Shown here piece after piece: positions 1 through 10,466 of a stretch of DNA of 64,000 nt. Origin of the DNA: an uncultured Smithella sp. (GTDB lineage Bacteria; Desulfobacterota; Syntrophia; Syntrophales; Smithellaceae); NCBI GenBank assembly GCA_964491435.1, contig CAZBGE010000001.1, positions 2,164-66,163 of the forward strand. The letters are read 5' to 3'. Numbering within the stretch: the stretch's first letter is position 1; each line of letters opens with the position of its first letter. The position numbers and the translations under genes are program-made. The notes below the pieces were generated by a model. That model ran no database searches, had not been told where the DNA came from, and worked only from the letters and a program-made list of their open reading frames with translations.

Positions 1-168
1 TGCGAACAGATTGTCCTGCAGGCGCCCATGAAGATTCTCTGTGCCAGTGATTGCAAGGGGCTGTGTCCGCATTGCGGCACGAATTTGAATACAGGTTCAT
101 GCAACTGCCGAACGGATGCTGTCGATGACCGCCTGTCAGTGCTGAAAAACTTTAGAGTGAAAAATTAA
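1..168 (+). CDS. C-terminal fragment of YceD/DUF177 family protein (5' end outside window)
   Basis: Frame 1 is open from the window edge to TAA at 166-168. The translation ...CASDCKGLCPHCGTNLNTGSCNC...DDRLSVLKNF carries the Cys-rich DUF177 C-terminal motif. It lies directly upstream of rpmF, the conserved position for this family. Confidence 0.6.
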   Translation, partial: CEQIVLQAPMKILCASDCKGLCPHCGTNLNTGSCNCRTDAVDDRLSVLKNFRVKN

Positions 169-189
169 TTAAAAAAAGGATAAATTATC

Positions 190-375
190 ATGCCAAATCC
201 AGTTAAGAGACATTCCAGAACAAGGCGCAACATGCGCAGGTCGCACGATTTTTTGAAACAGCCTTCCATGTCGATCTGTCCTCAATGTAATGAACCGAAA
301 ATGCCTCATCGCGTATGTCCCACGTGCGGGACGTATAAAGGCAGAGAAGTGATTGCGGCGGAAAAGATTTCTTAA
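190..375 (+). CDS. rpmF: 50S ribosomal protein L32
   Basis: 61 aa. The N-terminus MPNPVKRHSRTRRNMRRSH and the CPQC...CPTCG zinc ribbon are typical of bacterial L32. Confidence 0.95.
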   Translation: MPNPVKRHSRTRRNMRRSHDFLKQPSMSICPQCNEPKMPHRVCPTCGTYKGREVIAAEKIS

Positions 376-535
376 AACAGCAGGAATATCTTCAGGCAAA
401 TCCCGGATTTTTTGCAGAGATCGATTATTTTTGCAGGAAAAGTTTCCGGTATGAACCAGATGATTCAGGCTGAGGCAACAGGGGCTGCATTGGCCGCACT
501 ATGTTAGTTTAATCTTGGACTGAAGGAGAGAATTC

Positions 536-772
536 ATGTCATTAGAAGAAAAGGTCATTAAGCTTGTCATGGAACAGCTGGATGTGACCGAAGAACAATG
601 CAAACTGGAGGCGTCGTTTATTGATGATCTCGGCGCTGATTCTTTAGATCTGGTTGAACTGGTCATGGAAATGGAAGAAGTTTTTGGTGTAGAAATCGCG
701 GACGAAGAGCTGGAAAAAATACGCACGATTCAGGATGTTGTTGATTTTCTTCGGCAAAAGGGTGCTAATTAA
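536..772 (+). CDS. acpP: acyl carrier protein
   Basis: 78 aa acidic protein with the [16 protein letters not shown] phosphopantetheine-attachment motif. AAGGAG RBS upstream. Confidence 0.95.
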   Translation: MSLEEKVIKLVMEQLDVTEEQCKLEASFIDDLGADSLDLVELVMEMEEVFGVEIADEELEKIRTIQDVVDFLRQKGAN

Positions 773-798
773 TTTATCGTAATGCAGGATTTTTGACC

Positions 799-2040
799 AT
801 GAAAAGGCGTGTCGTTGTAACAGGCCTCGGTGCTCTGACCCCCCTTGGCAACTCCGTGTCAGAATCATGGGCGGGCGCTGTTGCGGGAAAATCCGGCATA
901 GGCCTTATCACCCGTTTTGATGCATCCGCCTTCAGTTCCAGAATCGCCGGTGAAATCAAGAACTTTGACCCTCTGCAGTACGTCGACAAAAAAGAAGTCC
1001 GGCGTTACGATAACTTTGCCATTTATACGATAGCTGCGGCGCAAATGGCCATGGACGATGCGGTGCTGAGCATCGGCCCCGAAATTGCCGAGCGGGTCGG
1101 CGTAATTATCGGTTCCGCCATTGGCGGCGCTTACACCCTGGAAGAAGAGGCCAGGGTGCTCCACACCTCAGGCCCCCGTAAAGTCTCTCCTTTTGCCGTT
1201 CCCGCTATTCTAGCCAATCTCGCGTCCGGCCATGTCTCCATACGTTTCGGCGCCAAAGGTCCGATTAATTGCTCTGTAACGGCTTGCGCCACGGGAACGA
1301 CATCCATCGGCGACGCATACAGAACCATTGTTTACGGAGATGCGGATGCCATGATTACCGGAGGCGTCGAAGCTGCCGTCACGCCGTTGGGCGTCGGCGG
1401 ATTCTGCGCCATGCGCGCGCTTTCGACCCGGAATGACGAACCGCAAAAAGCCAGCCGTCCTTTCGACAAGGGACGCAATGGTTTTGTCATATCCGAAGGC
1501 TGCGGTGTTTTGATTCTGGAAGAATTATCCTTTGCGCTCCGGCGCGGCGCAAGGATTTACGCCGAGATAATTGGCTACGGTTGCACGTCCGACGCATTTC
1601 ATATGGCGCAGCCGCCCGACGGACATGAGGGCGCCGGGCGCAGCATGCGGGCTGCGATTAGAGATGCCCGTCTGCAGACGACGGACATTGATTATATCAA
1701 TGCCCACGGTACCTCCACGCCCCTCAACGATCTTTATGAAGCGCAGGCCATTAAGACGGTTTTCGGTGAGCAAGCGAAAAAGCTGCTGATCAGTTCGACC
1801 AAATCAATGACGGGCCACATGCTGGGAGGCACGGGCGCGGTGGAGGCGATTTTTTCCGTCAAAGCTCTTCAGGAAGGCGTGATCCCACCGACGATCAACC
1901 TGGACGATCCGGATGAGGAATGCGATCTGGACTTTGTGCCGAATGTTGCCAGACATAAAGAAATCAATACCGCCATGTCCAACAGTTTCGGTTTTGGCGG
2001 CGTGAATGCTGTTATTGTGTTAAAGAAATATATAGAATAG
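799..2040 (+). CDS. fabF: beta-ketoacyl-ACP synthase II
   Basis: KAS II hallmarks: [10 protein letters not shown]-terminus, active-site [14 protein letters not shown] and [12 protein letters not shown] motifs, C-terminal [10 protein letters not shown]. The ORF track opens at TTG 793; ATG 799 is the likelier start. Confidence 0.95.
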   Translation: MKRRVVVTGLGALTPLGNSVSESWAGAVAGKSGIGLITRFDASAFSSRIAGEIKNFDPLQYVDKKEVRRYDNFAIYTIAAAQMAMDDAVLSIGPEIAERVGVIIGSAIGGAYTLEEEARVLHTSGPRKVSPFAVPAILANLASGHVSIRFGAKGPINCSVTACATGTTSIGDAYRTIVYGDADAMITGGVEAAVTPLGVGGFCAMRALSTRNDEPQKASRPFDKGRNGFVISEGCGVLILEELSFALRRGARIYAEIIGYGCTSDAFHMAQPPDGHEGAGRSMRAAIRDARLQTTDIDYINAHGTSTPLNDLYEAQAIKTVFGEQAKKLLISSTKSMTGHMLGGTGAVEAIFSVKALQEGVIPPTINLDDPDEECDLDFVPNVARHKEINTAMSNSFGFGGVNAVIVLKKYIE

Positions 2041-2063
2041 TTTTTTGGGAGGGATTTTCATTC

Positions 2064-3314
2064 ATGTCATTTTTAGAACAGATTGATCCGGAAGTTGCTT
2101 GCGCCATCGAACTGGAAACCAAACGTCAGGCTGGGAAACTCGAACTGATCGCATCGGAAAATTTTGTCAGTGAAGCCGTCCTGGAAGCCCAGGGCTCGGT
2201 CATGACCAATAAATACGCAGAAGGCTACCCGGCCAAACGTTATTACGGTGGCTGTGAATACGTTGATATACCGGAAAGTCTGGCGATTGAACGCTGCAAA
2301 AAGCTTTTCGGCGCTGAAGAAGTCAATGTCCAGCCGCATTCCGGCACGCAGGCCAACATGGCTGTTTATTTTGCCGCCTGTTCCCCCGGCGACACAGTTC
2401 TGGGCATGAATCTGTCGCACGGCGGCCATCTGTCACACGGCAGCCCGGCGAATTTTTCGGGCAAGTTTTACAAAATCGTTCCTTACGGCGTCAACCGCGA
2501 CACGGAAACCATTGACTATGACGAACTGGCCAAAATCGCCAGACAAAGTAAACCGAAAATGATTGTCGTCGGCGCCAGCGCCTATCCGCGAACAATTGAC
2601 TTTTACAAATTCCGCGCTGTGGCCGATGAAGTCGGCGCGGTGATCATGGCGGACATCGCGCATATCGCGGGCCTGGTGGCTACGGGGCTCCACCCCTCGC
2701 CGGTTCCCGTCTGTGAATATGTCACCACCACCACGCACAAGACGCTGCGCGGACCGCGCGGTGGCCTGATCATGTGCAAGGAACCCTACATTAAAATCCT
2801 CAACAGCCGGGTTTTCCCGGGAATGCAGGGCGGTCCGCTGATGCATGTTATCGCCGCCAAGGCCGTGGCCCTGAAAGAAGCGTTAATGCCGGAATTCAAG
2901 ACCTATCAGCAGCAGATTGTCAAAAACGCCCAGGCGATGGCCGAACAACTGAAAGATGAAGGTTTCCGCTTGGTATCCGGCGGGACGGATAATCACCTGA
3001 TGCTGGTTGATTTAACCTCCAAAGGTGTGACTGGCAAGGAAGCGCAGGAAGCGCTGGACCGCGCAGCCATTACCGTCAATAAAAACGGTATTCCCTTTGA
3101 CACGCTGGGACCGATGGTGACCAGCGGTATCCGGCTCGGTACGCCGGCGTTGACGACTCGAGGCATGAAGGAAAAAGAAATGCGCCTGATTGCTTCATTG
3201 ATTGCGGATGTAATCACGTATATTCATGATGAACAAAAAATTAAAGCCGTGGCCGAAAAGGTTAAAACGCTTTGCGGCCAGTTTCCGCTTTATGCGCAAA
3301 GGATAAAGGGATAA
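2064..3314 (+). CDS. glyA: serine hydroxymethyltransferase
   Basis: 416 aa with LELIASENF, the GGHLSHG motif and the PLP-lysine motif [14 protein letters not shown]. Confidence 0.96.
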   Translation: MSFLEQIDPEVACAIELETKRQAGKLELIASENFVSEAVLEAQGSVMTNKYAEGYPAKRYYGGCEYVDIPESLAIERCKKLFGAEEVNVQPHSGTQANMAVYFAACSPGDTVLGMNLSHGGHLSHGSPANFSGKFYKIVPYGVNRDTETIDYDELAKIARQSKPKMIVVGASAYPRTIDFYKFRAVADEVGAVIMADIAHIAGLVATGLHPSPVPVCEYVTTTTHKTLRGPRGGLIMCKEPYIKILNSRVFPGMQGGPLMHVIAAKAVALKEALMPEFKTYQQQIVKNAQAMAEQLKDEGFRLVSGGTDNHLMLVDLTSKGVTGKEAQEALDRAAITVNKNGIPFDTLGPMVTSGIRLGTPALTTRGMKEKEMRLIASLIADVITYIHDEQKIKAVAEKVKTLCGQFPLYAQRIKG

Positions 3315-3362
3315 GAAATCCGGCGGGCGTCGTTTGGACAACTCATCAGAAAGCGGAAAAAT

Positions 3363-3857
3363 ATGACGGGAAAAAACGCGCCGTCACAGCATGTTTCAGA
3401 ACAAATTCGTTCCCGTCCCGACTGGGACACTTACTTTCTGGATATTGTCGAACTGGTGTCTAGGCGCAGCACCTGCCTGAGGAGGTTGGTTGGCGCCGGA
3501 CTGGTACGAGATAAAAGAATTCTGGCCACCGGTTATAACGGCGCACCTTCCAAATTGCAGCATTGCCTGGAAATTGGCTGCCTGCGCAAGCAGCGTCAGG
3601 TACCGTCAGGCGAACGCCATGAATTATGCCGCGGCCTGCACGCAGAGCAAAACGCCATTATCCAGGCCGCCCTGCATGGTGTCAGCGCGAAAGGTTCCAC
3701 CCTGTACTGCACCAATCATCCCTGCGTTATCTGTGCCAAGATGATCATAAATGCCGGCATTGTGCGCATCGTCATACGTGACGGTTACAGCGACAAGCTT
3801 GCTGCGGATATGCTGACGGAAGCCGGAATCAGCGTGGAAACGCTGGAGAAAAAGTAA
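3363..3857 (+). CDS. deoxycytidylate (dCMP) deaminase, ComEB-type
   Basis: 164 aa with the cytidine/deoxycytidylate deaminase zinc motifs HAEQNAI and [14 protein letters not shown]. Confidence 0.8.
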   Translation: MTGKNAPSQHVSEQIRSRPDWDTYFLDIVELVSRRSTCLRRLVGAGLVRDKRILATGYNGAPSKLQHCLEIGCLRKQRQVPSGERHELCRGLHAEQNAIIQAALHGVSAKGSTLYCTNHPCVICAKMIINAGIVRIVIRDGYSDKLAADMLTEAGISVETLEKK

Positions 3858-3872
3858 AGGATTGGCGAAATC

Positions 3873-4334
3873 ATGAAATGCCCTTTTTGCGGCAACGCGG
3901 AAAATAAAGTGATTGATTCCCGGATCAGCAAGGACGGTAAGGCCATCCGCCGCCGCCGCGAATGCTTGGGGTGTTTTCGCCGCTTTACGACGTACGAATA
4001 CGTGGAAGACATTCTGCCGATGGTCGTCAAGAAAGACGGGCGGCGCGAACCGTTCGACCGGACGAAAATCCGCAACGGCGTGAGGACGGCTTGCGAAAAA
4101 CGGCCGATCAGCACGGAGGACATTGAAAAAATCGTCGAAAATGTGGAAGCTGCCTGCCAAGAGTTTCAGGGGGAGGAAATTCCCTCGTCGGTGATCGGCG
4201 AGAAGGTCATGAGCGAACTGAAAACACTCGACGGCGTGGCCTACGTGCGGTTTGCCTCGGTTTACCGGCAGTTCCGCGACGTGGCGGAGTTTATGTCCGA
4301 ACTGAAGGACTTGTTAAGCAAGGGTAAAAAATAA
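3873..4334 (+). CDS. nrdR: transcriptional repressor NrdR
   Basis: 153 aa. MKCPFCG...CLGC zinc ribbon followed by an ATP-cone ([16 protein letters not shown]...[12 protein letters not shown]). Confidence 0.93.
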   Translation: MKCPFCGNAENKVIDSRISKDGKAIRRRRECLGCFRRFTTYEYVEDILPMVVKKDGRREPFDRTKIRNGVRTACEKRPISTEDIEKIVENVEAACQEFQGEEIPSSVIGEKVMSELKTLDGVAYVRFASVYRQFRDVAEFMSELKDLLSKGKK

Positions 4335-4336
4335 TT

Positions 4337-4972
4337 ATGTTTACCGGCATTATTGAAGGATTGGGGAAAGTTACCCGCCTGACCATGAAAGGCGCGGATG
4401 CCGTTTTGGAAATCGATGCGGGAATCGATCTGAAAGAAGTTTCCCTAGGCGATAGCATTGCGGTAAACGGAGCCTGCCTGACCGTGACATCGAAAACGGC
4501 CAAAACATTCACGGCTGATGTTTCCGCGGAATCTTTGAACAAAACAACCATTAAATACCTGCAAGCGGGACATACGGTCAATCTGGAAAAATCACTGCGC
4601 ATCGGCGGATTCCTGGGCGGACACTTTGTTTTGGGACATGTGGACGGAACCGGCCGCATTCTTTCCAAAACGCAGAAATCCGGATCGATCGTCTTTGCCA
4701 TTGAGGCCGCCGAACCGCTGGCCCGCTACATCGTGGAAAAAGGGTCGATTACTATTGACGGTATCAGCCTGACGGTGAACAGGCTTGAAAAAGGCAGGTT
4801 TTATGTTAATATCATCCCGCATACGGCCGCAAATACGACGCTGATCCAAAAAAAAGAGTCAGAATGGGTCAATATAGAAACGGATATTCTGGGAAAGTAC
4901 GTTGAAAAGTTATTGCAAACACCGCGGGGAATCGATAATGACTTTCTCGCCGAACATGGTTTTATTAAATAA
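4337..4972 (+). CDS. ribE: riboflavin synthase (alpha chain)
   Basis: 211 aa. MFTGIIE N-terminus and duplicated lumazine-binding repeats (GDSIAVNGACLTV / GSITIDGISLTV). Confidence 0.93.
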   Translation: MFTGIIEGLGKVTRLTMKGADAVLEIDAGIDLKEVSLGDSIAVNGACLTVTSKTAKTFTADVSAESLNKTTIKYLQAGHTVNLEKSLRIGGFLGGHFVLGHVDGTGRILSKTQKSGSIVFAIEAAEPLARYIVEKGSITIDGISLTVNRLEKGRFYVNIIPHTAANTTLIQKKESEWVNIETDILGKYVEKLLQTPRGIDNDFLAEHGFIK

Positions 4973-4984
4973 GAAGGATGCAAA

Positions 4985-6187
4985 ATGGCAGTCAGTAAAA
5001 TTTCGGAAGCAATAGAAGATATGCGCAACGGGAAAATGGTGATTCTCGTTGATGATGAAGATCGGGAAAACGAAGGCGACCTTTGCATGGCATCGCAGTT
5101 TGTGACGCCTGAAGCAATCAATTTTATGGCGCGTCTGGGGCGCGGGTTGATTTGTCTGACGATTAATGAAGAAATCGCCAATCGCCTCAAGCTGAATCTG
5201 ATGGTGAAAAATAACGAGGCGCGTTTCGGGACGGCGTTTACCGTTTCCATTGAAGCGCGCCACGGTGTGACGACCGGCATTTCGGCCGCGGACCGCGCTA
5301 CAACCATTTTGGTTGCGGTAAATCCTGCCGCCAAACCGGAGGATATTGTGAGCCCGGGTCATGTGTTTCCGATTCTGGCCCGCAAAGGCGGCGTGTTGGT
5401 GCGTACGGGACAGACGGAAGGGTCTGTGGATCTATGTCGCTTGGCTGGTCTTACGCCGTCGGGAGTCATTTGCGAGATCATGAAAGACGACGGCGCCATG
5501 GCACGGATGCCGGACCTGGAAATTTTCGCCCGCGAGCACAACCTCAAAATCATTACCATTGCCGATTTGATTGATTACCGGATGCAGAACGAATCCCTGA
5601 TTCATCGTGTCGCCGAGGCTTCGCTGCCGACCCTCTATGGGGGCGATTTCAAAATCATCGTGTATGAAAATGACGTGGATGACATGCAGCATATCGCGCT
5701 GGTCAAGGGAGAAATCAGCAAAAGTGACGAAGTTTTGGTGCGCGTTCATTCGGAATGCTGTACGGGCGACATTTTTGCCTCCGCACGCTGCGATTGTGGC
5801 GACCAGCTCCACCGGGCGATGGAGATGATTGATGAAGAGGGCAAGGGAGTGATTGTTTATATGCGCCAGGAAGGCCGCGGTATCGGCCTGGTCAATAAAA
5901 TCAAAGCTTACGCTTTGCAGGATGAAGGCCACGATACGGTAGAAGCCAACATTGCTCTGGGCTTTAAGGCGGATCTGCGGGATTACGGCATAGGAGCGCA
6001 GATCCTCGCGAATCTGGGTGTGCATAGAATGCGGCTGATGACCAACAATCCTAAAAAGATCGTCGGGCTGGAAGGTTACGGTATTGAAGTGACCAAGCGC
6101 GTGCCGATTGAAATTCCTCCAAACGAAAACAACATTCGCTATATGACTACCAAGAAAAGGAAGATGGGGCATATTCTGGAATTATAA
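4985..6187 (+). CDS. ribBA: bifunctional 3,4-dihydroxy-2-butanone-4-phosphate synthase / GTP cyclohydrolase II
   Basis: 400 aa. DHBP synthase motif [11 protein letters not shown], then the GTP cyclohydrolase II motifs HSECCTGD...CDCG and [10 protein letters not shown]. Confidence 0.95.
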   Translation: MAVSKISEAIEDMRNGKMVILVDDEDRENEGDLCMASQFVTPEAINFMARLGRGLICLTINEEIANRLKLNLMVKNNEARFGTAFTVSIEARHGVTTGISAADRATTILVAVNPAAKPEDIVSPGHVFPILARKGGVLVRTGQTEGSVDLCRLAGLTPSGVICEIMKDDGAMARMPDLEIFAREHNLKIITIADLIDYRMQNESLIHRVAEASLPTLYGGDFKIIVYENDVDDMQHIALVKGEISKSDEVLVRVHSECCTGDIFASARCDCGDQLHRAMEMIDEEGKGVIVYMRQEGRGIGLVNKIKAYALQDEGHDTVEANIALGFKADLRDYGIGAQILANLGVHRMRLMTNNPKKIVGLEGYGIEVTKRVPIEIPPNENNIRYMTTKKRKMGHILEL

Positions 6188-6218
6188 TGCAAGAAGCGCC
6201 CGAGAGTGTGGAAAGTCA

Positions 6219-6243
6219 GAACAAGGGTGACAACCCCTTGTTC
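6219..6243 (+). other. intercistronic stem-loop between ribBA and ribH
   Basis: GAACAAGGG (6219-6227) pairs perfectly with CCCTTGTTC (6235-6243) around a 7 nt loop. There is no clear U-run, so the function (processing, stability or partial termination) is unknown. Confidence 0.3.
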
Positions 6244-6271
6244 ATATTAACAGAAGGATGGTGCTGAGATC

Positions 6272-6742
6272 ATGCCGAAAATTATTGAAGGAAAAATTAT
6301 CGCCAAAGGAATGAAGTTTGCGGTAGCCGCAAGCCGGTTCAACGATTTTATCAGCGGCCGGTTAATCGAAGGCGCAGTGGATACGTTGGTGCGGGCCGGT
6401 GCGGACGAGAAGGATATCTTCATTTATAAAGTTCCTGGCGCTTTTGAGCTGCCATTGGCAGCTAAAAAACTGGCAAAAAGCGCGCGCTTTGACGCTGTGA
6501 TCTGCCTGGGCGCCGTCATTCGCGGTGCAACGCCGCATTTTGAATATGTCAGCGCGGAAGTGTCTAAAGGCATTGCCAATGTGGGGCTGGAATCCGAAAT
6601 TCCGGTGGCCTTCGGCGTTCTGACTACGGACACGATTGAACAGGCTATTGAACGAGCGGGTACAAAATCCGGTAATAAAGGTGCGGATGCGGCGATGGCC
6701 GCTATCGAAATGGTTGATCTGTTTAAAAAGATCAGCGCGTAA
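6272..6742 (+). CDS. ribH: 6,7-dimethyl-8-ribityllumazine synthase
   Basis: 156 aa with the typical [16 protein letters not shown] and [17 protein letters not shown] motifs. Confidence 0.95.
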   Translation: MPKIIEGKIIAKGMKFAVAASRFNDFISGRLIEGAVDTLVRAGADEKDIFIYKVPGAFELPLAAKKLAKSARFDAVICLGAVIRGATPHFEYVSAEVSKGIANVGLESEIPVAFGVLTTDTIEQAIERAGTKSGNKGADAAMAAIEMVDLFKKISA

Positions 6743-6753
6743 GAGAGTGGAAC

Positions 6754-6775
6754 AGCGCCATAACCTTATGGCGCT
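6754..6775 (+). other. stem-loop between ribH and nusB
   Basis: AGCGCCATA (6754-6762) pairs with TATGGCGCT (6767-6775) around a 4 nt loop. No U-run follows. Confidence 0.25.
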
Positions 6776-6794
6776 TGCGGAATTTGAGGATTAG

Positions 6795-7250
6795 ATGCAG
6801 GGACGGAGAAAGGCGCGCGAAGTCGCCTTACAGGTTCTTTACAGTTTGAATTTTGTCAATCTTGATGTGGAAAAGGCTTTAGACCTCTTCTGGGGGAATT
6901 TTGTTGCGCCCAAGACGGCAAAGGAATTTGCCGCCACTCTGGTTGAAGGCGCTTGGCGGCACAGGGAAGAACTGGACGGACTTATTGGCGGCTGTTCGGA
7001 CAACTGGTCGCTTGGCCGGATGTCCAAAGTCGATATCAGTATTTTACGGATGGCCGTGTTCGAGTTTCTGTATTGCGATGACATTCCTCCAAAAGTAACG
7101 ATTAATGAAGCGGTTGATCTGGGAAAAATGTTCGGATCGGAAAATTCCGGCTCTTTTATTAATGGCGTTCTAGATGCCATCCATTTGAAAATTCATAAAG
7201 ATCATGCAGATAAATCTGTCCACCCAGCCGCCAGACCAGCAAAGGCATAA
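6795..7250 (+). CDS. nusB: transcription antitermination factor NusB
   Basis: 151 aa with RRKAREVALQVLY, INEAVDLGKMFG and FINGVLD motifs. It sits in the conserved position after ribH. Confidence 0.9.
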   Translation: MQGRRKAREVALQVLYSLNFVNLDVEKALDLFWGNFVAPKTAKEFAATLVEGAWRHREELDGLIGGCSDNWSLGRMSKVDISILRMAVFEFLYCDDIPPKVTINEAVDLGKMFGSENSGSFINGVLDAIHLKIHKDHADKSVHPAARPAKA

Positions 7251-7773
7251 ATGCCTTGTCCTTGGTTTTTTTAGTGATGAAAAGCCGCCGCGGGGGATTT
7301 GCGGCTTGATGGACTGGCGTCTTAACGGTATGATTTCCAAGGAAATCAAGGAGTGCCATATAAGCGGCGAGTTTAAGGAAAAAGTGGCCATTCCCTGGCC
7401 GGAACGCATTGGTTCCGATTTGCTGATATTGTTCGGATTGGGTTGTATTGGTGATGTTTCTTATGATCGCATTTACAATGCGGCATACGAAATTGCCGGT
7501 GCGATTGACGCGATGAGACTTCGGGATTTTGCGTTCGATCTGCCTGGCGAAGGACGTTCAGCGTTGGTTACCGCCGGTATTTTGGAAGCTATGATTACCG
7601 GCTATTTTGATTTCTTCTCAAACGATGTTAGCAAACTTGCCAGTATGCAGACCTGTGTGGTTACATCGTCAGAACGGTTAAATGACGTTGCCGAGGGGAT
7701 TAGACAATTTCACAGAAATGTGCGGCATTTAGGATCAGTCGATTTCAGCGCTCTGGAGCAACACTTCACCTAA
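7204..7773 (+). CDS. hypothetical protein (possible M17 aminopeptidase N-terminal-like fold)
   Basis: 189 aa ORF that overlaps the nusB 3' end by 47 nt. The CLVLGFFSDEK segment weakly recalls the N-domain of leucyl aminopeptidases, but no catalytic motifs are visible. Confidence 0.4.
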   Translation: MQINLSTQPPDQQRHKCLVLGFFSDEKPPRGICGLMDWRLNGMISKEIKECHISGEFKEKVAIPWPERIGSDLLILFGLGCIGDVSYDRIYNAAYEIAGAIDAMRLRDFAFDLPGEGRSALVTAGILEAMITGYFDFFSNDVSKLASMQTCVVTSSERLNDVAEGIRQFHRNVRHLGSVDFSALEQHFT

Positions 7774-7960
7774 TCAATAAAGTGTTCTGAACTATACGTG
7801 TTTAATGGGGAATATTTAATTAAATCAAATTTTTATAATTGTGACAGTTGATCAAAAAACTGGCGTAGCAGAACTCCAGGAGTTTATTGTTGGCGCAAAG
7901 GTTAATATTTTCATGCGAATAAAAAAATAATTTTTAGTCAGATGCGGGTGATTGAACAAT

Positions 7961-8800
7961 ATGACTTTCATTTCTTACGCGCAGAATTTTGAAGATATAA
8001 CCTTATGGCGCGCGTTACAGTTTTTTCCGGAAGGTTTTTATATCGATGTGGGAGATTATGATCCAAAGATACATTCCGTGACAAAAGCCTTCTATGACCG
8101 CAACTGGCGTGGAATTAATATCGATGCTCAATCCGGCGCCTATCATAAATTGTGCGTTGAGCGTCCGCGTGACATCAATATCCATGCCGCAGTCAGTGAT
8201 GCTGACGATAAAAAGGTTATTTTATACATTAATCAATTAGAGGCGAATTTATCAGGATGGGCCACTGTTGATAAGGCAATGGCGGAGCAATATCGTGACC
8301 GGGGAATGCCGCTGACGGACCGATCTGTTGAAACAAAGACCTTGCGGTCGATTTGCGAACAGTATGTAAATGGTGAAATCCATTTTCTAAAGATTGACGT
8401 GGAGGGTCATGAGGGAGCGGTCATTCGCGGCATGGATTTTCAGCGGTGGCGGCCCTGGATTATGATTATTGAAATTCCCCTACATGTTGAAATCCGCGAC
8501 GGTCAGTTAAAATCAGTCGAAATGCACCCTGACTGGGAACAATTGATCCTGGAGGCGCATTATCACCCTGTCCATTACGACGGACTCAATCGCTACTATA
8601 TTGCCGAAGAACACATGAATCTTGCAGGCGCTTTTGATGTTCCGCCGAGCGTACGCGATGATTTTCAACTCTGTTACGGGCATCATCTTAGTTATTCTAC
8701 CGCCGATTTGGAGGAACGTATCTGGATGCTCAGTCACCCCTTTGCGGCATTATGGCGATTTATCCGCAATAGGATACAATTGACAGGCCGAATAAGTTAA
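7961..8800 (+). CDS. FkbM family methyltransferase
   Basis: The N-terminal ISYAQNFEDITLWRAL, FYIDVGDYDP and FLKIDVEGHE motifs are characteristic of the FkbM SAM-methyltransferase family. The ORF track opens at TTG 7952; ATG 7961 is the likelier start. Confidence 0.8.
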   Translation: MTFISYAQNFEDITLWRALQFFPEGFYIDVGDYDPKIHSVTKAFYDRNWRGINIDAQSGAYHKLCVERPRDINIHAAVSDADDKKVILYINQLEANLSGWATVDKAMAEQYRDRGMPLTDRSVETKTLRSICEQYVNGEIHFLKIDVEGHEGAVIRGMDFQRWRPWIMIIEIPLHVEIRDGQLKSVEMHPDWEQLILEAHYHPVHYDGLNRYYIAEEHMNLAGAFDVPPSVRDDFQLCYGHHLSYSTADLEERIWMLSHPFAALWRFIRNRIQLTGRIS

Positions 8801-8923
8801 TGACCTTTTACGCTATGGGGGCCGTGGATTGTCTGAGCGGCTGTTTTCCCTGAAGCGCTGTGCGCCGCAGAGGTAATCTATTGTTGGATAAAAACAAAAT
8901 GTTTATCGCGATAGAGGAACGAA

Positions 8924-10087
8924 ATGATGATAATTTTAAAAAAATGGCCGTCTGAAAAAATGATTGTCTGCAGAATGATTTGTTTGGCAATCTGGTTTAG
9001 TTTTTTCTTAGTTCCTTCTGTTGCTGTCGCCGATCTCCATAATCGCTTGGCCGATTGCGCCAAAATTGAAGATCAAAAGGCGAGATTGCGTTGTTTCGAT
9101 GAACTTGCGGGAAGGAAGGCAGATGCGCCTCAGTCCATTGACGCGGCAGTGGCGATACCTGTAACCAAAGAAGCCGTTTCCGGACGGGAAAAGCTTTCCG
9201 TGATGCAGAAGCTCTGGGATCTGAATCCTGGCAATCGTAAACATTCGTTTGCTTTGAAGCCTTACCGAATGAATTATTTCCTGCCAATTGCGTATAATTC
9301 ATCGCCTAATCAGGGGACTGATTTGGAATATGATCCCAGGGCCAAAGCCCAGCACAATGAAGCCAAATTCCAGCTTAGTTTCAAAGCAAAACTATGGGAG
9401 GATGTTTTTCAAAATCAACTTCAAGGATTCTATGACAAATCAAGGATCATTCAAGGCGTGGATGTTTGGGCGGCCTATACGCAGCTTTCCTTCTGGCAAC
9501 TTTACAATTCCGCATTTTCCTCGCCTTTCCGGGATACCAATTATGAGCCGGAATTATTAATCAACTTCCGTACGGCTTATGAAATCATCGGTTTAAAAGG
9601 ACGCTTCATTAATGTTGGGTTTAATCATCAATCCAACGGGCGCTCGAATCCGCTATCCCGCAGTTGGAACCGCATCGTCGCCAATATCGGTCTGGAGAGA
9701 GAGAATTTCAATTTGCTGCTGAAAACCTGGTATCGCATTCCCGAAAATGAATCTGATGACGATAATCCGGATATGACCCGCTATATGGGATATGGTGAGA
9801 TCTGGGCGGCGCTTTACTGGAAAGATATGCGGTTTGCGGCGATGTTGCGCAATAATCTCAGAAGAGAAAATTTGGGCGCTGTTCAACTGGATTGGAGCAT
9901 TCCTCCGTCCGCCCTGGGTAAAATTATGCTGGGGAAAATTATTTCTCAGGCCACGCTTGATCAATACCTCTCCGATAAGTTTAGCCTCTATGTTCAGTAT
10001 TTTAACGGCTATGGTGAAGGCCTGCTGGATTACAACAAAAGCGTTAACCGGATCAGCGTGGGATTTATGATTGCGGAGTGGAACTGA
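8924..10087 (+). CDS. pldA: outer-membrane phospholipase A (OMPLA)
   Basis: 387 aa with an N-terminal hydrophobic signal region, the YRMNYFLP motif and the catalytic-region motifs FNHQSNGR and SRSWNR. The true start may be an internal Met (MIVCRM...). Confidence 0.85.
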   Translation: MMIILKKWPSEKMIVCRMICLAIWFSFFLVPSVAVADLHNRLADCAKIEDQKARLRCFDELAGRKADAPQSIDAAVAIPVTKEAVSGREKLSVMQKLWDLNPGNRKHSFALKPYRMNYFLPIAYNSSPNQGTDLEYDPRAKAQHNEAKFQLSFKAKLWEDVFQNQLQGFYDKSRIIQGVDVWAAYTQLSFWQLYNSAFSSPFRDTNYEPELLINFRTAYEIIGLKGRFINVGFNHQSNGRSNPLSRSWNRIVANIGLERENFNLLLKTWYRIPENESDDDNPDMTRYMGYGEIWAALYWKDMRFAAMLRNNLRRENLGAVQLDWSIPPSALGKIMLGKIISQATLDQYLSDKFSLYVQYFNGYGEGLLDYNKSVNRISVGFMIAEWN

Positions 10088-10408
10088 GTGTTTGATAATA
10101 CTACTATGAAAGAAACTCTTCGGCTGAATGATGGCAAGAGTGTTGAAAGTTCCCTGGGCTGGAAAATCGATATTTTATCTATCGATTCTTTCCAGTATGC
10201 AGAGTCGGATAAAACGATGAAATTTGAGATCGAAGATTACCCGGATGAAAGAGGGGACATGGAGTGGCTTATCTACCTGCCGGCGGAATGGCGATGGGGG
10301 AATTCATTTGACAATGAACCGGTTATGCCGGAAAAGATTTCTGAAATTATCAACCGGATCGAACTGGCTTTCTGGAAGCTCGACATGACCATCAAGGAAA
10401 TGGCCTGA
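10088..10408 (+). CDS. hypothetical small acidic protein
   Basis: 106 aa ORF that abuts the pldA stop (TGA then GTG). An alternative ATG lies at 10106. No recognisable motifs. Confidence 0.4.
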   Translation: MFDNTTMKETLRLNDGKSVESSLGWKIDILSIDSFQYAESDKTMKFEIEDYPDERGDMEWLIYLPAEWRWGNSFDNEPVMPEKISEIINRIELAFWKLDMTIKEMA

Positions 10409-10466
10409 TTTGAAGAAGGGAAGGGCCGCCGTAATAATTAACAGGACGGCCGTTCCCTGAAAATGA

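Noticed and set aside
376-798. rpmF followed directly by acpP-fabF, without plsX/fabH/fabD/fabG
   Set aside because: This differs from the E. coli/Bacillus layout, but gene-order variation in the fab cluster is common. Nothing in the intergenic sequence (376-535) suggested a special element.
4335-4990. Search for an FMN (RFN) riboswitch around the rib genes
   Set aside because: The intergenic gaps are only 2-12 nt (nrdR/ribE, ribE/ribBA). The 84 nt ribBA-ribH gap holds only a simple 9-bp hairpin, which is too small for an RFN element.
5432-6172. 246 aa - strand ORF inside ribBA. Similar antisense ORFs occur at 14313-15107 (in ilvB), 35119-35781 (in the 746 aa gene), 38517-39143 (in the GGDEF gene), 53564-54139 (in tssC), 54264-54833 (in the Hcp-slot gene) and 57449-58024 (in vgrG).
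   Set aside because: All lie entirely within, and antisense to, genes with strong motif support. Their translations have no recognisable domains or RBS context.
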